From Vulcanimicrobiaceae bacterium (GTDB taxonomy: Bacteria; Vulcanimicrobiota; Vulcanimicrobiia; Vulcanimicrobiales; Vulcanimicrobiaceae), in contig JBHEMM010000006.1 of assembly GCA_046262595.1 (NCBI GenBank), forward strand, positions 29,659 through 68,745: a stretch of DNA of 39,087 nucleotides. The letters are read 5' to 3'. The notes below the pieces were generated by a model that saw only the letters and a list, made by a program, of their open reading frames with translations, was not told where the DNA came from and made no database searches. Positions 1 through 7,104 of the stretch are shown in pieces; within the stretch, counting starts at the first letter, position 1; every line of letters starts with the position of its first letter. The translations under genes and the position numbers were made by a program.

Positions 1-102
1 TTGCACAGGCACGGCGAGATCACGCCGCCCTGAGGAGTTCCGGTCACGCTGCGCCTGACCCCCCCGTCCTGCATGACTCCCGAGCGCAACATCGCGCAGA
101 CG

Positions 103-138
103 AAAGACGCCCGGCACGCAAACGTACCGGGCGTTTTT
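103..138 (-). terminator. Intrinsic terminator downstream of the tRNA-Val/tRNA-Asp transcript (possibly bidirectional)
   Basis: Inverted repeat aaagacgcccggcacg-caaa-cgtaccgggcgttttt, 5 nt past the tRNA-Asp CCA end. The mismatches become G:U pairs on the minus strand, and A/T tracts lie on both sides. Confidence 0.8.
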
Positions 139-143
139 GTTCA

Positions 144-220
144 TGGCGACGCTGAAGGGGCTCGAACCCTCGACCTCCGCCGTGACAGGGCGGCGCTCTA
201 ACCAACTGAGCTACAGCGTC
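144..220 (-). tRNA. tRNA-Asp (GTC)
   Basis: Reverse complement GACGCTGTAGCTCAGTTGGTTAGAGCGCCGCCCT-GTC-ACGGCGGAGGTCGAGGGTTCGAGCCCCTTCAGCGTCGCCA folds into a cloverleaf with TTC loop and encoded CCA. Confidence 0.97.
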
Positions 221-284
221 ATCGCGCTTTAAAGACCGGCGAGCGTTATTGGCACTCTCCGGCCTGCTGACCTTTACCGCAAAA

Positions 285-359
285 TGGTGGGCACGGTTGG
301 GATTGAACCAACGACCCCCCGCGTGTGAAGCGGATGCTCTCCCACTGAGCTACGCGCCC
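285..359 (-). tRNA. tRNA-Val (CAC)
   Basis: Reverse complement GGGCGCGTAGCTCAGTGGGAGAGCATCCGCTT-CAC-ACGCGGGGGGTCGTTGGTTCAATCCCAACCGTGCCCACCA; cloverleaf with CCA end. Confidence 0.96.
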
Positions 360-382
360 TCGTGCGGCCGGCGAACCGGGCT

Positions 383-412
383 ATTTTACGCTAGAGAGGC
401 TGCCTCTGTCCA
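383..412 (-). promoter_or_regulatory. Sigma70-type promoter of the tRNA-Val/tRNA-Asp operon
   Basis: TGGACA-N18-TAAAAT on the minus strand, 23 nt upstream of tRNA-Val. Confidence 0.6.
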
Positions 413-509
413 GGGCCGATAACACACGCTTTCAGTACGTACGTCTAAAAAGCGCCCGCGGCGGATATACACATGAAGTGCGCCTGCTTACCCTCGGAGA
501 ACCGCCCTC

Positions 510-1625
510 ATGACCGCGCCCCAGGAAACGCTGCTCGATCCGCAAGCGGCAGCGCGCGCAGCCGGGCTGCGCTACGTCACGGACGCGCTGCCGGGGATCA
601 AACGCGTGGCTCGCGGCAAACACTTCGCGTACCTCGCGCCGGACGGCAAAGAAATCACCGACGAGTTTGATCTCAAGCGCATCAAATCACTCGCCGTTCC
701 GCCCGCGTATACCGACGTTTGGATCTGCCCGTCTGCGAATGGACATCTTCAGGCGACGGGGCGCGATGCGCGGGGGCGCAAGCAGTACCGCTACCACAAG
801 CGCTTCCGGGAAATCCGCGATGAGACGAAATACAACAAAATGATCGCGTTTGCCCAAGCGTTGCCAAAGATGCGCGAGCGTATCGCCGCCGATTTGGCGC
901 TGCCGGCGCTGCCGCGCGATAAAGTGCTCGCCACGGTCGTCGAACTGCTGCAAAGCACGGCGATCCGTGTGGGGAACGACGAGTATGCCAAAGACAACAA
1001 GTCTTACGGCCTTACCACACTCGAGAACCGCCATGCGACGATCGAAGGCTCGCGCGTGCGGTTTGCATTCCGTGGCAAAAGCGGCGTCAAACATGCCATC
1101 GACTTGCGCGACAAGCGGCTTGCGCGTATCATCCGGCAATGCCAAGAATTGCCCGGTCAGCAGCTTTTCGCGTTCGAGAATGAGGAGGGCGAGAGTCATG
1201 CCGTCGATTCGGCCGACGTCAACGAGTATATCCGCGCGATCTCGGGAGAAGACTTCACCGCAAAAGATTTCCGCACATGGCTGGGCACCGTAACGTGCGC
1301 GATGCTGCTAACCGGCCAAGAGGCGGCGCAGACGCAAACGGAGCGCAAGTCGCAACTGACGACCGTGATTAAAGACGTCGCCCACCGGCTGGGCAACACG
1401 CCGGCGGTTTGCCGCAAGTGCTACGTCCATCCCGACGTGCTCGAGCAGTTCATGGAAGGCAATGCCTTGGAGTTACAGCACAAAATGCGGCATACCGAGG
1501 GTCTGCTGCCCGAAGAACAGCTGGTGCTTGCTTTCCTTCTGAAGCGTTCGAAGGAAACCGACGCTTCGCGAACCGTTGCGCAGTTGCAGCGTTCTTTGAA
1601 AGGACGCAAGAAGAAAGCGGCGTGA
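510..1625 (+). CDS. DNA topoisomerase IB (bacterial, poxvirus-like)
   Basis: Motifs VPPAYTDVWIC, LQATGRDARGRKQYRYH, IRVGN, FRGKSG, TAKDFRTW and LGNTPAVCRKCY (catalytic Tyr). Confidence 0.95.
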   Translation: MTAPQETLLDPQAAARAAGLRYVTDALPGIKRVARGKHFAYLAPDGKEITDEFDLKRIKSLAVPPAYTDVWICPSANGHLQATGRDARGRKQYRYHKRFREIRDETKYNKMIAFAQALPKMRERIAADLALPALPRDKVLATVVELLQSTAIRVGNDEYAKDNKSYGLTTLENRHATIEGSRVRFAFRGKSGVKHAIDLRDKRLARIIRQCQELPGQQLFAFENEEGESHAVDSADVNEYIRAISGEDFTAKDFRTWLGTVTCAMLLTGQEAAQTQTERKSQLTTVIKDVAHRLGNTPAVCRKCYVHPDVLEQFMEGNALELQHKMRHTEGLLPEEQLVLAFLLKRSKETDASRTVAQLQRSLKGRKKKAA

Positions 1626-3010
1626 TAGCCGCTCTCGTCCTGGCTGCACTGACTGCGACCGCAAGCGCTCACCACGCCGTTTCGACCACGAGCGCCGCAG
1701 CTCAGGCCGCATTCGATCGCGGTTTATTTCTGCTGTACGCGTACAACGGTGAAGCGGCATACGATGCGTTCGGCCGCGCGCTGCAGGCCGACCCGCACCT
1801 CGCGATGGCCGTGTGGGGGCAAGCCATCGCCAGCGGCAGCGACCTGAACACCGGCATGACGCCCGGGCGTTTTACACGCGCGCACGAGGCGGCGGAGCGC
1901 GCAGCCGGCCTTACCGCTTACGCCTCACCCGAGGAACGCGCATATATCGACGCAGCGGCGAGGCGCTACGCCGGCACATGGGGCGACCGCTCGGCGGACG
2001 CCGATCGCTACTTCGCATCGATGGCGCAGCTCGCGCAAACGTATCCGCACGACGACGATGCCCTGCTTTTCCAAGCGGAAGCGCTAATGGAAGCGCGCAT
2101 CGATGACGGGCAGGCGCGCGCCTTGATCGTGCGGGTGCTTGCGCGCAATCCATCGCAGCCGTTTGCGAATCACCTGTGCATCCATAGTTTCGACTATGCC
2201 GCCGATCATGCTCCGGAGCTCGCGTGCGCCGATCGTATCGCGGCATGGCGGCTCGATCCGGCGGCAGTGCATTTGGCGCACATGCCCGCACACGCATATA
2301 TTCTCGCCGGCCGTTACGACCGCGCGCTTAAAGTAAGTGAAAGCGCCTGGCAGTTGCGGCAATCCGCCGACGCGCCGGTTAAGTACGCGGCGCACGACGC
2401 GTACACCGGATGGAGCGTCGCCATGATGCGCGGCGATCTGGAAACGGCGCTGCTGTGGGCGCAGCGGACCGGCAGCGCGTACGGGGGCAGCGACATCTGG
2501 GCAACCTGGGCCCGCTTCGAGCAATGGGACCGGATTACGGGACAACCGGCGCCCCATGAATTCTTTGCGGCGTTGGCACTGGGCCTTGCGGACCTGCATC
2601 GCGGCGACGGCGCAGGCGCCGCAACAATGCTGCGAGCGTACAAAGATGCCGATGCAGATTATCGCTGGCTCTTGGAAGCGGCAATCGATGAACGCACCGG
2701 CCAGGACGGCGCGGCGGTCACCGCATTGAACCGCGCGCTTGCGTATCAAAAGCGCGAAGATACCGGGGAGCAGCTTCCGCTTTTCCCGGCCGGTGAAGCA
2801 CTGGGAGCATTCTACTACGCTCGCGGCCGCTACGAAAATGCCGCACAAGCCTATGAAAGCACTATCGCCCGGTTTCCCAACGACCCGCGTGCGCTCTACG
2901 GCTTGGCGCTCTCCCAAAGCGCGCTCGGCCAAGCAGTAACCGCCGCGCAGACGATGAAAGCGTTTCGCCACGTGTGGAACGCCGCCACCTTGCCGCACCT
3001 GGGGCTGTGA
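1622..3010 (+). CDS. Secreted TPR-repeat protein with His-rich motifs
   Basis: GTG start overlaps the topo IB TGA. Hydrophobic signal-like N-terminus; TPR-like helices (AQAAFDRGL, ALQADPHLAMAVWG, FPNDPRALYGLA); NHLCIH and HLAHMPAH motifs. Confidence 0.75.
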   Translation: MIAALVLAALTATASAHHAVSTTSAAAQAAFDRGLFLLYAYNGEAAYDAFGRALQADPHLAMAVWGQAIASGSDLNTGMTPGRFTRAHEAAERAAGLTAYASPEERAYIDAAARRYAGTWGDRSADADRYFASMAQLAQTYPHDDDALLFQAEALMEARIDDGQARALIVRVLARNPSQPFANHLCIHSFDYAADHAPELACADRIAAWRLDPAAVHLAHMPAHAYILAGRYDRALKVSESAWQLRQSADAPVKYAAHDAYTGWSVAMMRGDLETALLWAQRTGSAYGGSDIWATWARFEQWDRITGQPAPHEFFAALALGLADLHRGDGAGAATMLRAYKDADADYRWLLEAAIDERTGQDGAAVTALNRALAYQKREDTGEQLPLFPAGEALGAFYYARGRYENAAQAYESTIARFPNDPRALYGLALSQSALGQAVTAAQTMKAFRHVWNAATLPHLGL

Positions 3011-3365
3011 AAGAGCCGCACGACCTGCATGCGGCACTGGCTGATTTCGAACTGCGTCTTGACGGCAACGTCCACATCCGCCTCCTGCAGAGCGCCGACG
3101 CCCGCACGTTGTACGATGCGACGATAAAAAACCGCGAACATATCGGGCGTTGGATGCGTTGGCCTGATGCGGTGATCGATGTCTCGGACACCGACAACGC
3201 GCTGCGGTTCATCGAAAAAGAGTTGTACGAAGACGCCGCGTTCACCGCGGAAAATCTTGGCGCAACAGACAATTCATCGGCCGCATAAGCCTGAACGACA
3301 TCGCGCGCATTATGAGGCGCGCGGTTCATCTCTTGGCGGAATACGCCCTCGTCCGTTCCGACTAA
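3007..3365 (+). pseudogene. Disrupted RimJ/RimL-family GNAT N-acetyltransferase
   Basis: GTG overlaps the upstream stop. N-terminus IRLLQSADARTLYDATIKNREHIGRWMRW is RimL-like and stops at 3288. The continuation WRNRQFIGRISLNDI-ARIMRRAVHLLAEYAL lies in another frame (3258-3365) and lacks the EIGYW/GxG segment and the C-terminus. Confidence 0.7.
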
Positions 3366-3523
3366 GCGATAAAAGCGAGAAGCGTGCGGACGAGCCCGGC
3401 GAAACGTGCGCGAAGCGTGTGACTTCGGCCACTCTCGAGCATGCGCAGCATGCGCGCGTGTGCGGCTTGGCCAAACAGTTCGTCGCGCCGTTGACGGATC
3501 TCCGCACCATACCAGTGCTCCAT
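3362..3523 (-). CDS. 53-aa small hypothetical protein (MEHWYGAEIRQRRDELFGQAAHARMLRMLESGRSHTLRARFAGLVRTLLAFIA), below the ORF-track cut-off
   Basis: SD-like GAAAGG 7 nt before ATG. Lies directly downstream of a terminator/antiterminator element. Arg-rich and helical-looking. Confidence 0.7.
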   Translation of the reverse strand: MEHWYGAEIRQRRDELFGQAAHARMLRMLESGRSHTLRARFAGLVRTLLAFIA

Positions 3524-3558
3524 CTTGGCGCCTTTCAAAAAAGCAAAAAGAAGTAAAT

Positions 3559-3644
3559 AAAAAAGCCTCCGGCACTGCGGAGACTCCTCGAACGGGACGG
3601 CCGAAGCGGTAACGCTAAGGGCTGTACCTCTTCGAAAGGAGTCC
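3559..3644 (-). promoter_or_regulatory. Transcription attenuator (terminator 3559-3584 plus overlapping antiterminator 3581-3644)
   Basis: Terminator GTCTCCG-CAGTGC-CGGAGGC-TTTTTTATTT. Upstream GGACTCCTTTCGAA (3631-3644) can pair with TTCGAGGAGTCT (3581-3592), which sequesters part of the terminator 5' arm. Confidence 0.75.
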
Positions 3645-3710
3645 GGGCAGCGTGACGAAGCCGCGCACGTTGAGCCGCGCGCAGCAAAATTGTTGATGAA
3701 ATACGGTCAT
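3615..3710 (-). CDS. Putative 31-aa leader peptide (MTVFHQQFCCARLNVRGFVTLPGLLSKRYSP)
   Basis: Strong SD region AGGAGAAAGGA upstream. The ORF covers the 5' strand of the antiterminator and sits between the promoter and the terminator. Confidence 0.65.
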   Translation of the reverse strand: MTVFHQQFCCARLNVRGFVTLPGLLSKRYSP

Positions 3711-3744
3711 GGGCACCGGTCCTTTCTCCTAAAAAAGTTTTTCC

Positions 3745-3774
3745 ACGATATCACGCGCCCGGCTCGTATGTCAA
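3745..3774 (-). promoter_or_regulatory. Sigma70-type promoter driving the leader/small-protein unit
   Basis: TTGACA-N18-TATCGT with extended TGn -10. Confidence 0.7.
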
Positions 3775-3805
3775 CGCAAGGAAAGAACCGGCGGGCGAAC
3801 AACCT

Positions 3806-3835
3806 TTGACGCTCGCCGTGCGCTTCTGTTATACT
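3806..3835 (+). promoter_or_regulatory. Sigma70-type promoter of tRNA-Val(GAC)
   Basis: TTGACG-N18-TATACT with TGn, followed by a GC-rich discriminator; 19 nt upstream of the tRNA. Confidence 0.75.
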
Positions 3836-3854
3836 GCGGCGGGTCCCAACGCGC

Positions 3855-3929
3855 GGGCGGTTAGCTCAGTGGGAGAGCGCTTCCTTGACACGGAAGAGGT
3901 CATAAGTTCAATCCTTATACCGCCCACCA
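3855..3929 (+). tRNA. tRNA-Val (GAC)
   Basis: GGGCGGTTAGCTCAGTGGGAGAGCGCTTCCTT-GAC-ACGGAAGAGGTCATAAGTTCAATCCTTATACCGCCCACCA; cloverleaf with CCA end. Confidence 0.97.
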
Positions 3930-3953
3930 TTTCGACGTACGCGAATGCGAACG

Positions 3954-5033
3954 TCAGTACGTAAAGGATGCGAGCTTATCGGCGGTTTGCTCGCCGACCC
4001 ACAGCATGCGCGAATTGCAGTTCAACGGCGCGTCGGGGCTGGCTGAGATCGCTCCCGCGTAAGCGCCTGCAGTCGGCAGAGCCGTTTCGACCATCGACCC
4101 GCTCGCCGGATTCACACGGACGACCGCACTTGCGGCCGCTTCCGTAAACCAAAGCGCGCCATCGCAGGACGAAGCTATCTCCGATTGCCCGTACGCCGGA
4201 CGCGCTATCGCGTGCGGGGCCGGGTACTCCCGCATCGTTCCGTCGGCTGCAAGCCGCCCCACGGCCTGCTTTGCATAGTCCGTAAACCAGATGGCGCCAT
4301 CGCCCCCTAATGCGATGCTGCCGGCAATCGCGCCGGCCGGCAGAACGAACTGTTGCACCGGCGTGACGCCGTTGCCCGTTGCGCTGAGGCGAGCAATCGT
4401 CGATTCCGCCCCCGCGGCCGAGTCTTTCTCAAGAAGAGCCCAAACCGCGCTTCCAGGCCCGTTGATGAGTTGTAGGACGCCTTGCTGCGGGAACGTCGCG
4501 GAAGCTCGCGCAGACGTTGCGACCTGTCCGTCGCCGTTGAACGTCAGTCCGCCCACCCAAAACGTTCCCGAGCGATCGACGAGCATCGAGGTCGGTTCTT
4601 GAACATTTGGTTCGCACAACGTTGCCGTCGCGCCGTCCCCGCATTCGACTTGCACCGACGGGAAAAACGAGGGCCCAAAGTACGCGCTGAGCCAAAAGAC
4701 ATTCTTCTGCGGGGTTATCGCGATACCATAAACGCCGCCGCCGGGGCTGTACGACGGATTGGACGCCGGTGACGTTTGCGTCAATGCAGGCCCTTGACGA
4801 TGATACAGATTCGAGCCGGTGCCGTTCGAGCCAAAGCCGAAATAGACCGAATCGTCCGCGGCTGCCGCGACGTAAAGCGGCGAAACGGGAACGGCGTATT
4901 CCGTCACCGCGATGTGCATTGGAGGCGGCGCACCGCCTCCAACGGGCGGTTGAACCGGTATGGTCGGTGCCGTCGAACTGCTGCACCCTGCAATTGCAAT
5001 AATGGAAAGAAGAAAGAAGGTACTGCGTTGCAT
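3954..5033 (-). CDS. Lipoprotein with Vgb (virginiamycin B lyase-like) beta-propeller repeats
   Basis: Signal peptide with lipobox IAGC. Repeats IALGGDGAIWFTD..VGRL, DGALWFTE and VTEYAVP. TG-x-GATAAT lies 6 nt before the ATG, suggesting a leaderless transcript. Confidence 0.75.
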   Translation of the reverse strand: MQRSTFFLLSIIAIAGCSSSTAPTIPVQPPVGGGAPPPMHIAVTEYAVPVSPLYVAAAADDSVYFGFGSNGTGSNLYHRQGPALTQTSPASNPSYSPGGGVYGIAITPQKNVFWLSAYFGPSFFPSVQVECGDGATATLCEPNVQEPTSMLVDRSGTFWVGGLTFNGDGQVATSARASATFPQQGVLQLINGPGSAVWALLEKDSAAGAESTIARLSATGNGVTPVQQFVLPAGAIAGSIALGGDGAIWFTDYAKQAVGRLAADGTMREYPAPHAIARPAYGQSEIASSCDGALWFTEAAASAVVRVNPASGSMVETALPTAGAYAGAISASPDAPLNCNSRMLWVGEQTADKLASFTY

Positions 5034-5160
5034 GCGAGCATTATCGCACACCCCCGGACGCCGGCGGGCGTTGACGCGGAAGAACTAGCAGGAATGGGAG
5101 TCGTGGCGCGCCTTGATTGGCTGCGGCGGTTGGGAAGCGCCTATCACCCACTGACGGGCG

Positions 5161-5739
5161 CTACAGCAACGTTACGCGTCCGTTCGAAAGGTCGTAGACC
5201 GCGCCCACGACTTCGCAGCCGGAACGTGCTGCCTGCACCATAATAGGGGCCGACTGTTGAAGCGCCGCAACGTTATCGCGCACGTTTTGCAGGACGGCGT
5301 TGTACCACCACTCGCCCTGCTGCGCTTGCGCGCTTCTCGCAGCCGGTGCGATTGCGTCCACCATCATCTGCATATGCCCGGGCAGTTTTTCGGCGCTCCT
5401 CACAAAGTCGATGGCTGCCTGAACGGCTCCGCACGAGGTGTGCCCGAGGACCATGACGAGCGGCGCCTTCAGCACCGCTGTCGCATATTCGATCGACGCA
5501 AGCGCCGCCTCGCTGAGGAAATTGCCCGCAAGCCGCACGACGAAGATGTCCCCGGGATCGCGATCGAAAAGCGTCTCGACCGGTACGCGCGAGTCCGCGC
5601 ATGCGAGCACGGTGGCAAACGGCGCTTGCCCCGCGGCCAATTCGCGGACGTCGTCAATCGTTGGGCGCGAACGGGGCGCGCCGGCCGCAAAGCGCGCGTT
5701 GCCTTCGAGCAGATTCTCCAATGCGTCGTGTGCAGACAT
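5161..5739 (-). CDS. Beta-class carbonic anhydrase
   Basis: LLEGNARF, CADSRVP, FVVRLAGN, SIEYA, VLGHTSCGAV and GAVYDL motifs (Zn ligands C, H, C). Confidence 0.95.
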   Translation of the reverse strand: MSAHDALENLLEGNARFAAGAPRSRPTIDDVRELAAGQAPFATVLACADSRVPVETLFDRDPGDIFVVRLAGNFLSEAALASIEYATAVLKAPLVMVLGHTSCGAVQAAIDFVRSAEKLPGHMQMMVDAIAPAARSAQAQQGEWWYNAVLQNVRDNVAALQQSAPIMVQAARSGCEVVGAVYDLSNGRVTLL

Positions 5740-5886
5740 AGCGCCGTCGGTTCCCCGCCGCGTCCGTTTGAGCCTCGCGAGGCGGTGACCTCATCGCAGG
5801 GCACTGTCCCGGACGGCCTGCGATGCTTGCGCCAGGAGTGGCGGGCGGCTGCCGTTGCGCCACCGCCGCCACCAGCGGAAGGCAAT

Positions 5887-6477
5887 CTAGTTCAGACGCG
5901 TTGCAAAGAACGTGCCGTTCGACCAGTAGCCGTATGCCGTGACGAAGCGGCCGATGTTTACGCGTCCCGTCGCGCGGTTATCGAGCGCGGGCTGATCGTT
6001 GATCCTGACGACCGGACCGCTATACTGTCCGTTCTGGCCGTACTGTCCGTACTGTCCGTACTGTCCGTACTGTCCGTACTGTCCGTTGTTGGCGTTGCGT
6101 GAGATCGTCAGCACGTTGCCGTTGATGGCGGTAATCGTACCGCTGATGACCGCATTGCCGTTCGCCGTGTTGCCGGCGCACCGGTTGTTGTAACCGCTGT
6201 TGCGGTTATTTTCGTCGTTGTCGCCGTCGTAGTCGCCGTCGTTGTCGGTACGGTTCGAGTTGCCGTAGTTGCCGTAGTTGCCGTACTGATTCGTGTTAAC
6301 GGCGTTGCAATTCGCATTGCGCTCGCGGTGACGCCGGCCGTTGTGGCGGCCGTTGCCGTTCTCGTTTTGATTTTGACCGTATTGGCCGTATTGGCTCGGA
6401 TACTGCTGCGCACCGGCAAGCGCCACGCCGCTCAAGGTCAGTCCCGCGGTCAACACAGCGGCGATAAGCGATTTCAT
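5887..6477 (-). CDS. Secreted Gln/Asn/Gly/Tyr-rich low-complexity protein with a C-terminal beta (OB-like) domain
   Basis: SD AAAGGAG before ATG 6477. Sec signal ending A-G-A; GQY and YGN repeats; DNDGDYDGDND acidic motif; GTITAINGNVLTI and VTAYGYW strands. Confidence 0.75.
   Translation of the reverse strand: MKSLIAAVLTAGLTLSGVALAGAQQYPSQYGQYGQNQNENGNGRHNGRRHRERNANCNAVNTNQYGNYGNYGNSNRTDNDGDYDGDNDENNRNSGYNNRCAGNTANGNAVISGTITAINGNVLTISRNANNGQYGQYGQYGQYGQYGQNGQYSGPVVRINDQPALDNRATGRVNIGRFVTAYGYWSNGTFFATRLN
6023..6085. repeat. 9-bp tandem repeat (TACTGTCCG), 7 units, coding GQY
   Basis: Five perfect copies at 6041-6085, one degenerate copy at 6032-6040 and one perfect copy at 6023-6031. Confidence 0.95.
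6259..6285. repeat. 9-bp tandem repeat (GTTGCCGTA) x3, coding YGN
   Basis: Three perfect copies read directly from the sequence. Confidence 0.9.
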
Positions 6478-6648
6478 GGGGAGCACTCCTTTCGGGAAGC
6501 GATCGGGTAACGCACAAGCGCTCCGCTGCAGCTCGCTTGGCTTGAATGCAGCCGTTTCTCAGGATTGGCGGGCAGAACAATCCCAGCAAAAACTCAGAAC
6601 GCAATTGCCGGCTTGCGCGTTTATCTTCTACCTGGAGGACACCACTGC

Positions 6649-7104
6649 ATGAAACTACTTCGACTTCTCGCTCCGGCGGCGGCACTCGCTGTTTTAAGCG
6701 CTTGCGGCGGCGGCGGCGGCAGCTTATTCGGCGGCGGCAGCAACGGCTCGAATGGCCTCGCGTGCGACACCGGAACCAGCGAGCAGCTCGCGAGCCCGCA
6801 GCCGGGCACGTACGCGCCGGGCACCAGCACGATCACTATCGTCGCGAACGGCAGCAACAATCAGCTCTACAACTCGTATCAAAACTGGTACGTCTATCTG
6901 ACGAACGTGAATACCGGTCAAACGGTGACGGGCGGACAGCTCAACTTAACGTCAGATAGGGGCGGTCCGCAGCCCTACGGTTCGGACTTCTACTACAGCA
7001 GCGCGCTGCAGCAGCAGCTTCCCAGCGGCGGAACGTGGAACGTTTTTCTGACCGAGTTCAGCGGCAACTGCAACGCGGTCCCGCTGCTCGGATTCACGAC
7101 GTAA
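6649..7104 (+). CDS. Hypothetical lipoprotein
   Basis: SD GGAGG; MKLLRLLAPAAALAVLSAC lipobox; Gly-rich linker; Cys pair in the mature part. Confidence 0.8.
   Translation: MKLLRLLAPAAALAVLSACGGGGGSLFGGGSNGSNGLACDTGTSEQLASPQPGTYAPGTSTITIVANGSNNQLYNSYQNWYVYLTNVNTGQTVTGGQLNLTSDRGGPQPYGSDFYYSSALQQQLPSGGTWNVFLTEFSGNCNAVPLLGFTT

Noticed and set aside
1..100. Possible CDS end (...HRHGEITPP-TGA at 31-33) followed by a hairpin (GGTCA/TGACC), considered as UGA recoding
   Set aside because: Too little upstream sequence to identify a gene, and no selenoprotein context.
249..275. TTGGCACTC resembling half of a CIRCE (HrcA) operator in the tRNA spacer
   Set aside because: The matching GAGTGCTAA arm 9 nt downstream is absent and no chaperone gene is adjacent.
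144..3929. Possible genomic island between the tRNA genes carrying topo IB
   Set aside because: The tRNAs point outward, and no integrase or duplicated tRNA 3' end (att repeat) was found.
3954..5033. Vgb-like protein as a streptogramin resistance gene
   Set aside because: It is a lipoprotein with generic propeller repeats, and I cannot identify the Vgb catalytic residues.
5090..5155. Minus-strand GGTGAT...AACCGC..GC segment loosely resembling a fluoride riboswitch
   Set aside because: The 3' pseudoknot strand (GCTRATG..CY) is missing, and the downstream gene appears to have its own leaderless promoter. An Rfam scan would settle it.
6023..6085. Tandem repeat considered as a possible CRISPR array
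   Set aside because: 9-bp contiguous units with no spacers, in frame within a CDS; no cas genes in the window.
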